Below are positions 41,151 through 52,975 of a DNA stretch of 64,000 nt, piece after piece. The stretch spans positions 21,390,001 through 21,454,000 of the forward strand of contig NC_086383.1 in assembly GCF_036588685.1 (NCBI RefSeq). The letters run 5' to 3'. The notes under the pieces are model-generated. The model was given only the letters and a program-made list of their open reading frames with translations. It made no database searches and was not told where the DNA came from. Within the stretch, counting starts at the first letter, position 1. Each line of letters starts with the position of its first letter. Source of the DNA: Mytilus trossulus (Eukaryota). Both the position numbers and the translations under genes were made by a program.

Positions 41151-42405
41151 AGAGAGGGACGAAAGATACCAAAGGGACAGTCAGACTCATAAACCAAAAG
41201 TAAACTGAAAACACCATGGCTAAAAATGAAAAGGACAAACAGACAAACAAAAGTACACATGACACAACATAGAAAACTAAAGAATAAACAAACACGAACC
41301 CCACCAAAATCTAGGGGTGATATCAGGTGCTCCGGAAGAGTAAGTAGATCCTGCTCCACATGTGGCACCCATCGTGTTGCTTATGTGATAACAAATCCGA
41401 TAAATAGTTTAATTCGGTAGGTCAGATTTATGAAACGGAAGGGGATTGTAGTTACGACGTAAGGAACATATCCGATATCAATTGTGAAACGGTTATTCCA
41501 TATCGGTCGACCAACTCGTGATGGCGTCCGTAAACTTCACCATTTGGAACTCTTGATTTAATAGCTTCCTTGTGAGCAACAACCCTCTATCAAGAAAAAC
41601 GTGACAGGAAAGGCAAGCAAGGGAATATCGTATCAATTGGGAGATATATACACCGTATGCAGGTGCTGCTGGAATGTTGCTACTTAGAAATGAAAAGTTC
41701 ACAATTGGAAAGCTGAAATCATCTCTTTTGTCCTTAAGTTTTGTTTTCAATCGACCTTCATTGTCAATTTCTAGATGTCAGTCAAGCTATGAGGCCGACT
41801 TAACTGTATCTGTTGTATCCTTTATCTCTAGTTCAATGGGATAGATTCGTTGGATATAATCACCAAATTTTGAATTATTTAGTGAAAGAACATCATCTTT
41901 ATAGCGGAAAGTAGAGTTAAAGGATATTGCTAACTTCTTATCTTTCTTCTTAAGAAGTTCCTATATGAAGTCAGCCTCATTATAATAAAGAAAGAAGTCG
42001 GCAAGAAGAGGGGCACAATTCGTTCCCATTGGAATGCCGATAGTCTGTTGAAAAACACGTCCTCCGAACGTAACAAATATGTTGTCAATCAACAAATCAA
42101 GCATCTTGATATTATCAGTTTCAGAGATTTTTTTTTTTGAATCAGAGTGATCCTTTACAAAGTAGGATTTATCCCTTCCTAAGACAAGATACTTGTATCT
42201 TCGTTGGCCGTTCTTTTTTTCTGAAACGAAGCAATACCAACTCTTTCAATTTGTCTTTTAGTTTGGAATGTGGAATACTTGTATAAAGTGTAGAAAAGTC
42301 AAATGTTTTAATACTATAACAAGATGAAAGAAAGTCAGATTGTATGTCCTCTTAAAGATCTTTGGAATTTTAAAGTATCCACAACTGATTCACGCCACCT
42401 CTAGA
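41151..42405 (-). mobile_element. Decayed Penelope-like retroelement RT, same family as 20085-21143
   Basis: Minus strand encodes GIPMGTNCAPLLAD, FRYKDDV and DKRDDFSFPIVNFSFLSSNIPAAPAYGVYISQLIRY; close nucleotide match to 20085-21143. Confidence 0.8.
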
Positions 42406-44204
42406 ACAGGCAGTAAATTTGACGAAGTCAATGAAAACACAGTTATATTATTTATCTATGTACCTCTCTCTGTTGAGTGTTCTTGCGTTTGTTTGTTCTA
42501 TCTCGTAGTAATATCACTTTAGTGGTAATTTAAGGTAGGTTTGGATAGACAAAAAAACCCCGATTTTAACCCTCTATTTATTTCTTAAAAGGTCCGGTGC
42601 CATATCATAATTGAGCAGTTGTTATGATATTCAGCTTGCAATTTTTTGAAAGTATCACATCATGTTTTGCAATGACATTTATATGGGGTTCGTGTTGTTT
42701 ATTCTTTAGTTTTCTATGTTGTGTCATGTGTACTATTGTTTTTCTGTTTGTCTTTTTCATTCTTAGCCATGGCGTTGTCAGTTTGTTAAATCAACTAATA
42801 CATTAAACCAACACATTATTTCCCCCAGACTAGATTCACATGCTCGTTTTTATTCAACAATTGATATTGATATTCAATGTTAATAAATACGTCATAATGC
42901 TATTAGAACTACCAAGTTACCGACAGAAGCATTGCTAATCTAAATTTAAGCAAACACAGTATTCTCTGAAGATTTGTTTGATGGAAAGGTCAGTTAAAAA
43001 AGATTGAAGGGTCGTGGAGCCTTCTTGTGAGGTATACTTTTTTTTGACAAACTGAAAATGTCTTCGTATAACAAATAGTTACTTTCAATCGACTTGTAAT
43101 TGCTTTTGAAGAAGAATACTTATTTTAAAGTGTCCTTAATTCGTGTTTATTAAATTGCATTCTCAGTGATTTATCTCAGTGCCTGTTAAGCGTGTTTGCC
43201 TTAATTTGAAGATTAATTGTATGAGAGAGATATAGAGTATCTGCATTTATTTCTAACTTTGGCTCTAAAGGAAGGTTTAATTTACTGTACAACTATAGTT
43301 TCATAACTATTGATAGCGCACTTTAATGTTACTTCGGTTTCGAAAATTGTTTATAAGGTTATATAATGGATAGTTTTAGCTGTATGTTATAAATACAATT
43401 CTACAAGCTGTACCAGCTGTCATCCTCATCTCGCCGAATAGATTTCTTATTTACACGGGAAAAATTACATACAAGGACTACTTACAAAAGGGAAAAGTAG
43501 CTATCATTAAAATATATTTTCATGCTCCCTCATAGATAAATAATGTTCTCTCACTGATTGTGTAAAGTCGTATGATTATGTTTCCCACGTCTTGACTTTT
43601 GTCTAGTCTTTAATAGAGCTTTATTTGACATTAAATCGTTTAGGTCACCCAACTCGTGATTAACAAATTTACGAAGGGATGACTTTAACTTTACAATTTG
43701 TAAATCTTGGTTTAATAGCTTTCTGGTTAGCAGCAACACTCTATAAAGTATTATAGAAATAGAGCTATTACTTTTGTATTAATCAATCCTATTTATATTG
43801 CATTACAATACCCTTTTATCTTTTTGGAAAATAGGTCTTGACTAATATGAAATATAATATCATATTTTGAACTTGTTAATCAGAAAATATATTGTGTGTA
43901 CTTTCCGATTGTAAATTTTAATTTCCTGGTTTATACTTTTTTTCCGGTAATGATACAATTGGTATGAACTCGAAAAAGTATAGTTGTATGGAATCTTAAC
44001 AATGCGTTATTAAAAGTGTTTTTGTTCGGTCTTTAAAACCAACTGCTAGAATTGATTTTGCCATAAAGTAATACTGAACATCACATGAAACATGTTTTTG
44101 ATTAATTCCAATGTTAATCATTTTCGATTCATTAACGTATACAGTGAATAAAACTACAATCTGTTAATTTTCTTGTTGAGAAATTATTCATCGATTGACA
44201 AGCT

Positions 44205-47200
44205 ATGAGGGAAATATCAGACTGCATCATTTGCATATTTGCAACATTATACTTTCTAGCAGATTTTGGTAAGTATATACAATCAAGAATTAACGTCAAT
44301 ATATTCACGCATGAACATTTATATGTTGGTATTTAGAAAAGCAATGATTTACCTCGTCTTTGTGTTACCTCTTGCTGTGTATTTAACCAAATTTATGCTT
44401 GGTTCTAAAGATAGGGCGACTTCGGGTTAACACTATAGTTGACTGTATTGAACTACAGTTCACTCGAACGAAAACTAGTTCACCGGAAGTACGAAATTTA
44501 TCGGACTTTAGTCAAGTATACACCTGGGGTACTAGACGTCTAGTTCAAAGATGGCTGCCGTTAGGGTTACACTCAAGACCAAAAAGTGGACCTGAAAAAA
44601 CCTGAATAGACCTGAAGATATACGACTCAAATTATTCAAACTGCAATAACTTTTTTATTTTTCAATGGAATTTCCTCAAGTTAGAATTTTATTAAATGTA
44701 AATATCCATAGATAAATAAAAACATTTGTTATGCCAAAAGTTTGACCTGAACGGACCTGAAAATCTATGGTCGGACTTATTCTGACTTCGATAATTTTTT
44801 TATTATTCGATGCATTTCTTTTAACTTTAGATTTTGTGAATATAAAAGATTAAAATAATGATAATACTAAATAAAAAAATTATGAAAAATATCGTTTTTT
44901 TGGGATGTTAAAACTCGGACCTGGACGGGAAATTAAATTATCTGAATTGACTTGAAAATCTGCGGTCAGATTTATTGAAGTTCTTTAACTGTTTAAAATA
45001 AATCTCCTATATATATGAATTTTGTTATACGGTGTTTTCAACTGTTTTATGTCACTAAAGCGTATGCAAACAAAAATATAGTAATAAACACCTTTGATTT
45101 ATTTCATATCTATATACCTAACTGATTAGTTCCCTCAACCTCTCATTTATGGGCGTAAAGAAGTCAGACTGCAAATGTTCGACCATATTTAACAACTATA
45201 GTTAGCAGTTTGTGAGTTCGTCTGTTTCAATAGTTTAGACATGCGCTCTTGGGCTTCCTTAAACTATAGCTTACACCCGAAGTCGCCCATAATCAAGTCA
45301 TATTGAAACATAATAATCGATCTGAATCTATATATATTTTTTTGTTTATTACTTTCATTTGTTTAGTGTTTTTGTTTTTACAACACTAGCTAGTTTCTAG
45401 AACGAGTCCTTACTTGTTATATTGCATGGCAAGATCAGTACTTGATGTACCGGCTAACATTTTTACTTAGGTTTAGGTCTACATAAGAAAATGCCTGTAC
45501 CAAGTCAGGAATATGACAGTTGTTATCTGTTACAGACGTAAATTTGTTATTGAGAATAAGGTACTATATTTTAAATCTTTGAAAAAATCCCCGTGAAGAT
45601 TTTTTATAATTGCTTCTTATAAGTGAAATTACAATCAACACTAACAGATCCCACCGTTTACAATATTAGCGGGAGTTTGACGTTGCAAAGCATACGTAAC
45701 CAAGCAGAGTAGTCAATGACATCATTATCGTCCAATGAAAAATAAGCATGAAAAAGTACGGGAAAGATGATTATGAAACTATTCACCGGGGCAATAGTCT
45801 TTGAAACTATTGACTGGCAAATGGTTCTGTAAAAAGAAATAGCACAACTATTTCATTACTTTTGATATAGAAAAAACACAATGAAGTATGATAACTTGTG
45901 ATATCGACCGTAAAATGTACAAAGGGATTATTTTAATTTCCACTCTTGCAACATTGTTTAATAGCTTCTTTGTGAACAGCAACACATTGTCAAGGAAATC
46001 GTGACAGAAAATGAATTACTAGAATATCGCATTGACTTGGAAATAGTAGCACAACATCGCACATGCTGATAGTTATCAGAAGTACCAGGATTATAATTTT
46101 ATATGCGATATCAGATACAATCCTAAAAAACAAATTTACGTTACAGGCATAATCACTAGCTGACTTCTTTTAGATGTCATAAATGAAGTAAGTTGCAGGC
46201 TGGATCCTTAGTCGAGGACAAAATTATGGTTATTATTTTACGTAGCATGGCAACTTCTACGTCAGGTGGTTTCTGATGTAAAGGAGTCTCATTGATACCA
46301 AATGTTATCAATTTTATATTGGTACAAAAAACGTACTTGGTCTTTCATTTCAGGAAATAGTCATTTGAATATTGCATTAAATAAAAACGCAACGCAAGTG
46401 TCAACAAGGTTAAATAATTTTACATATTTTGGAGCAATGAATGCTAATGATGGGAAAATAAAGCAATTTGTACCTTATGGTGATTGTATGCATACTAATG
46501 ATACCGATCCTGATAAATGGTGGATGGTAGATTTTGGAAATATGTATACTATAGAAAGTGTTAGCATCTTTGGAAGAAAATTTTGCTGCTGTGAGTTTAT
46601 TTTTATATGATACCCTTTTATTCGTGCTCAAAATTATTACCATATATGTTTCAATTGTGCTATTCACAATTTTCTGTGATTTTCTCGTTGAGTAGCGTCC
46701 GCAAATGCTGTTTATTCTCGGATTTAACTATATTGAGTTGCGAAGCGGACGCCACTTGTAAATCGAGAGGGACTTGCCCTCCTACATCACTTTTACTCAC
46801 TATAGTGTAGCAGATTCACAAACCTCGATGTCACATCCAAATCTAACATATTTATTCAAATCATTATTTGAAAGCAATTTTCACCATTTTTTCATTATTT
46901 CTTTAATTTAATTTTTCTTTTTGATTTTTTTTCAAACTTTATAATTGTTTTGTTCCAATTTTCAGTAAAACAAAAACAAAAAATATGTATTCCTTTTGAC
47001 CTTTTGGCAAGCAACGTGTCTGATTACGCAATTTTTAACACTTATTCTTGTAAAGTGTTTAATGCATACTCAGGACGAGTTAGTGAGATAAAATGTAAAT
47101 CTCACACCATATCGATAACTAATTTTTAGGAAAGGTAATAATTCATTGTCTATCCATTAAACATTGCCAATTAAATAACAAATTGAATAAAACTAAGTCG

Positions 47201-50200
47201 TTAAGCGGGAATATGTTGTCAATCTTATAACACCGTTACAAATGGTCAAGAAGGGATGCGATACATTGTCAATCAGTAACAACAATTGATCCTTTAAAAA
47301 AGTACTAACTATAGGTTAGGAATCAATTTTAAAATTAAACTACGAAGCTAACAACTGAGATGTAAGGTAAAGCATATATATTCCTATTACATGTATCATA
47401 TATTACACAATTGTTTCCAGAATAAAATGGGAGGCTCCAATGAGCCTGTGTCGCTCATCTGATATTTTAGTTTCAATTGACTAAAGTTCTAACTATAGGT
47501 TAGGAATCAATATTAAAATTAAACTACGAAGCTAACAACTGAGATGTAAGGTAAAGCATATATATTCCTATTACATGTATCATATATTACACAATTGTTT
47601 CCAGCATAAAATGGGAGGCTCCAATGAGCCTGTGTCGCTCATCTGATATTTTAGTTTCAATTGATGCATGAAATGATAAAATCATAATACTTTTGCCTTA
47701 GTTTCAGAGAAATAAGCATAAAAAACGGATTTTACCCTATGTTTTATTTTCATCCATGTCGGCCATGTTGGATGGCAGGCGGGATCATCGAACTCATCTT
47801 CACAAAACTAGATACCCTAATGATAATTGTGGCCAAGTGTGGTTAATTTGTCTCAGTAGTTTTAGGGTATATGTTTGTAAAAAGTGTTAAAAGTTTACCT
47901 TAAAGGGCAAATACTCTAATGACAATTCTGGTAAGATTGATTTTTTTGTAGATCTTACTTTACAGAACATTACATTGATGAATACAGTTTATCTGGGTCT
48001 TTAGTGATATTCAAGATATCAATCAAAAACTGCAAAATTTCATTACAATTATGAATTCAGTGGCAACAACCCAAAAACATGTTGTCTGATTCGTGAAGGC
48101 AGGTATATCTAAACCTTATGACAAATCAAACCCCATGCCAGATTTACCCTAAATGGGTTAGTTTCAGAGACATTAGCCAAAAACTGCATTTTATCCAAAT
48201 GTTCTATCTTTAGCCAAAGCGGCAATGTTGGTTTGCAGGCGGGGTCGTCGGACACATTTTTTAAACTAGATAACCCGATCATGATTGTGGCCACGTTTGG
48301 TTAAATTTAGCCTGGTAGTTTCAGAGAAGAAGATCTTATGTAAAAGTTAACGGAGGACGACGTTGGACGACGGAGGCCTCACTTGGTCTCTCAGGCCAGG
48401 TGAGATAAAGTAATGTTTTAAGTATATATTTCAGTAGAACGACACAGTGACTTTGAAATACGGATACATAATACTTCTGATTGGAGTAGTCAGTTTAGTC
48501 TTTGTTATAAGCAAATTGGACAGGCACCAACTGAATTGTATGTTAACTGTACTGACCACCTATCAGGAAAATATTTGACAGTATATAAGAAAGATGATTA
48601 TCGCCATTATCCTTTGACATTATGTGAGGTAGAGGTCTATGGAACTGAAATTACTGGAACTACAGTTAATACATATATATCAAGGCCAACAACTCTTGAT
48701 ATTCAAAGTGGAGATCACATACCACATGAATCAAGGCCGACAACTCTTAAAACTACTATTGCAGATTACATCACACATGACAGCAATTTCAGTTCAAGCA
48801 CCAGGCTGAAGTATGATATACAAACAACAGGTACTTTAGGCAATGTACCAACTTTTCTTTGTATGATTAATAATCGGTTTCTTAACAATCTTGTAATAGA
48901 GATTATCTGTCCAAAACTTAAATCTTATAGCTATAAAATTAAGAATCCAATAAAAAAAAACTTTGACCTAAAAATGTTTACTTTTACAAATTGTAATTAG
49001 GACGGGGAGCTGTCTCATTGGCACTCATACTATCGTACTCATCGAATTAAATTATAAGCCTGGTGTCTTTTCGTGGCTATAACTTGTGTGTTTCTCTGTC
49101 CTGTATGTTCTCCCATTTATTTGTATTGTAGTCCTGTCATGTAGTGTTGTCATTTTAATGTTATATTTATCATTGCCATTAGGCGGAAGGTTTGGCTAGC
49201 TACAAAACCAGGTTCAACCAACCATTTTTCTTAAACTGTCCTGTTCCAAGTCAGGAAAGTGGACATTGCAGTATTAGTTAGTTTCTGTATTCTACTGTTG
49301 CCTTTATTTCTATACGACATGTTTTACTTTTACAAATTGTGATTACGAGTGGGATTTGTCTCATTGGCACTCATACGACATATGTTGTTATCTAACAACG
49401 GTAAAAATGCGACTCAAACAACAATCTAAATGCGACTCAAAATTACGGAAATGATACCTTTTTATTTGATTTTTTGATATTTTCAAATGTATAGATTATT
49501 TAAGGGGCATACATGATAGAAATGCCGTCGGTTTTTAATGTTTTTGGGTAGTTAATCGTGAATGACCATTATTATTCCCTCACCAAGAAGTGAGTTGAAC
49601 CCGGTCTTTGCAAGGTGTGTTCGATTTCGATAGTAATTGACTATGATTGTCAATTTTTTATTGGCGAAATTTGGATGGTTTCTCCGGATTCCACCATTTT
49701 TCAAAGTTGTCTCCTTGATAAAGTTAACTTGTCGTGTTGAAAGTGTTGTTAATCATTATCATTCAGTCAAAATATGAACTGCAGCCAATGAATTTATGCA
49801 TGCATTAGGAACATTTTAATAAAACTAAAAGCTAATTCGATCATGTTATTTTATGATTATGTAGTTATTTATTTAATGAAAGTACAACGTACTGATTTGT
49901 CTAAGCAGAAAGATAAATTAACCGTTTACAACAATAATTGAACGGTTTCAAGTCTATCATTTGTGGAGAAAAGTTCACAATAAGAATTAAAAACCAAAAG
50001 TGTAGAATACTTAAAATGTACATGTAAAATCCGTACAGTCTATGAAAATATATGATTTTATTGCCTATCCTTAATAAAGGCGAGGATCTCCTCAATTTTC
50101 TCCTGTTTCCTCAGTCTAAAGGATTATTTATTTTTCTACGCTGAATGAATATTAAATGTGATTTTATTTCGCAATATAGCCTTGAACTTAAACGGATCTG

Positions 50201-50584
50201 TTTTAATATAATAAGTTGGATTGATACATTCATATTTTTCTTCTTATAGAGAAAGTGAACACTTGTCTCTGCAAGTGCACAAACAGTAACAATAACCAAC
50301 ACGTATATAACATTTCAAAGGAAGAAAGACAGATCCTGTTAAGCGGAAAAATTAGAATGTTAGAAAAAGAACTGAGAATTGACCAATCAAAACTATCCAG
50401 GACGATAAGGAAGACATCGTGTGCAGCAGATGAACGAAGGTCCTCCCGAAATCTTGGGATCCTTGGCATAATTGTACTTATATCTGTCACGTGTTGCATT
50501 GTTTTGAGTGACTTACTTGACGTGATAAGATATTTGAGTACACCTAATTTTATTCGACAAAAGAACACAAACAGTTTATTGTAA
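44205..50584 (+). CDS. Type I membrane F-type lectin (fucolectin/F5-8 type C fold) protein, 343 aa. Exons 44205-44268, 46354-46590, 48435-48830, 50250-50584
   Basis: Exon 1 encodes a signal-like MREISDCIICIFATLYFLADFG with a gtaagt donor; all introns are phase 1 and in frame. FTL hallmarks: NIALNKNATQ, ANDG, CMHT, WWMVDFG, GRKFCCLER, GKYLTV, LTLCEVEVYG. Then a Thr/Ser-rich stalk, CLCKC, a coiled coil and TM GILGIIVLISVTCCIVL. Confidence 0.82.
44414..45288. mobile_element. PIF/Harbinger-like non-autonomous element in lectin intron 1
   Basis: TIR GGGCGACTTCGGGT / ACCCGAAGTCGCCC; 3-bp flanking duplication ATA. Confidence 0.7.
47299..47664. repeat. Near-perfect 184-bp tandem duplication
   Basis: AAAGT(A/T)CTAACTATAGGTTAGGAATCAA starts at 47299 and 47483; both units end TTAGTTTCAATTGA. 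Confidence 0.9.
47612..48410 (-). mobile_element. Helentron/HINE-like repeat in lectin intron 2
   Basis: Homologous to 56560-57148 (TTTACCCTATGTT, GATTGTGGCC, GGCCAGGTGAG), with an internally repeated core. Confidence 0.55.
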
Positions 50585-52506
50585 TGTGTGTTGTTATTCA
50601 AATCTGAAAAATAACTTTATTTGAGGAGAAGATCGATAAAGAAAAAGCAATGTCGTTTGTTAATTATATTTGATTATTTTCTTGGTATTGCGTGTTTTTA
50701 TTAATTGATGCACATGAAGTTTAGTGATTGCAAATGTATACCTAGTTCTGTAAGATTATGCTTATCTTAGACATTTTTTAACAAAGCATTATTATATTAT
50801 ATTACAATTATCATAAGAAGTGAACGCTTTAGCAACATCAAGTTTTCGTGTGTTGCTTAATTACACATTTTACTGAAACAAGGACTATCAACTCGTGCTA
50901 TAAAATTGTATTTGCTGTTTAAATTTGTATTAGAAGGTAAAAACCAATCGAACGTCTCAGATCTTCTTAAATCCGATAATTCATTGGATCTGTAAGTTTA
51001 CAGATGATTAAGCATTCCATACTCTGTAATTCATACTGAGGATTGATTCACATAGCGGGAGATGCGTGCTTAGCGAGAATGATTACCCTGCCTATGTGTA
51101 GACTCTCACTCTTTTTGCTGTTCATGCAATTATCTAATGTTTTGTTTTTCTGACTTAGTTTGCTTATTCCTTACCTCTTTTTTTTTATATTCAAAAATTG
51201 GTAAACAACTGTTAATTTTAATCAGTTTGTTAACCTAACCTCTCCCCATACAAACACAAACTTAAGTAATATTTTGTTTTCATTTTTTAATATTTTTTAA
51301 TGTTCACATATGATCTATTTTGTTGGTTTGGTTGCCTTTTTATTAAATGAAATTGATTAAACATCTAATCTATAAAAATTAAAAAAAAGATGGGGTATGA
51401 TTGCCAATGAAATACCTGTCCACAAGAGTCCAAAATGACGCAGACATTAACAACTATAGGTCACAGTACGGCCTTCAACAATGAGTAAAGATTATACCGC
51501 ATAGTCAGCTATAAAAGGCCCCGATATGACAATTTAAAACAAGCCAAACGTAGAAAACTTACGGCCTTATTTGTATGAGAAAAAAAATGAACGAAAAACA
51601 AATATGTAATACATAAAGAAACGACAACCACATGTCTATGAAGAAATAATATAAAAAAATGTGGTGCACACTAATAACTCGCGTAGCGGGTTATTTTAAA
51701 GTGTGCACTACATCTGTTTATGTTATTTCGAATAGACAGAAACAATATTACAGTCATTTCTTATAATTTAATTCTAAATTCCATTTTAAATCGGAGTAAA
51801 CTACGAAAAAAAAGTTGACGACGTCTCGGTCTCAAAACAAATTTTTTGTCTATGAGCTGATTATCAAAATAACATCAACGAAACAAAAGACGTGTTACAT
51901 CCAAGATTTAATTATTGTTCAACAATTGGGATATTCATTTTAAAATCTGAGAAAGGAATGTATGAGAAAACTAAGGGATTTAAGATATAAAAATGTTGTA
52001 AAATTAAAGGGCGACATATTTTAATCGTTGACTAATTATATGATCATTCTCCTTACTGGGGGTAAAGTGAGAGACGATTGATACCAAGGAGGCATTCTTC
52101 AGTACTCGAAAGCTGAAAGAAACTGACAACACAAGGGCAAAAATGGAAAGACGATGAAACGCCCAAAAATGTTAACAAAGCACTACAACGACAGTTAACG
52201 ACTGGGAAAAAAACTAATCTCACCACAAACTTATGGGATAAAGAGTGCTCTGGAATAAAAAAAGACATCAGTAGCGTTTCTAATTAATAGTGAAACTTTA
52301 ATGTAGACTCTCAAGGCTAACATGAATATTGGACAAAAATAACAAATCTAGGTTCGTTATTTGTCGATATACGTGTGATCAATTTTGAGAAAATGAGTTT
52401 TGACTGATTTTGAGAATGTAGGGGAAAAATTGTGAAATAACAAATAATTTGAAATTGATTTGATATTGATTATATAGAATATAACTAACATAAACATGCC
52501 GTTGTC

Positions 52507-52975
52507 AATAGTTATTCAAGGTACAAGGATTATAATTTATTACGCCAAACGCGCGTTTCGTCTGCATAAGACTAATCAGTGACTTTCAGATCAAAATAGT
52601 TAAAAAGTTAAGTACAATGTTGAAGAGCATTTAGGATCACACATTCTTAAAAAGTTGTGACAAATACGCCTTAGGTAATATATTCCTCAGGATAAGAAAA
52701 ACCTTAGTTTTTTCAAAAAATAAAAGTTTTTAACAGGAAATTTATAAAAATGACCACATAAATCGTATTAATGTCAACACAGAAGTGCTGACTACTGGGC
52801 TAGTGATACACTCGGGGACGAAACTTCCACCAGCTGTAGCATCGACCCAGTGGTGTAAATAGTTATCAAGGGTACCAGTATTATAATTTAGTACGCCAGA
52901 TATTCCTGGGATAGGAAAATCCTTAGTTTTTCGAAAAATTATAAAGTTTTGTAACAGGAAATTAATAAATATGAC
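52507..52975 (-). mobile_element. Retrozyme-like tandem repeat, ~351-nt monomer with degenerate hammerhead at 52542-52586, plus a partial second monomer
   Basis: Direct repeat TACGCCA at 52541 and 52892 (period 351). Minus strand has CTGATTA gtct-tatgc-agac GAAA cgcgcg TT tggcgt. Same family as 19271-19420. Confidence 0.72.

Noticed and set aside
50230-50601. 123-aa minus-strand ORF
   Set aside because: Antisense to lectin exon 4, which has the splice site and a coherent domain structure.
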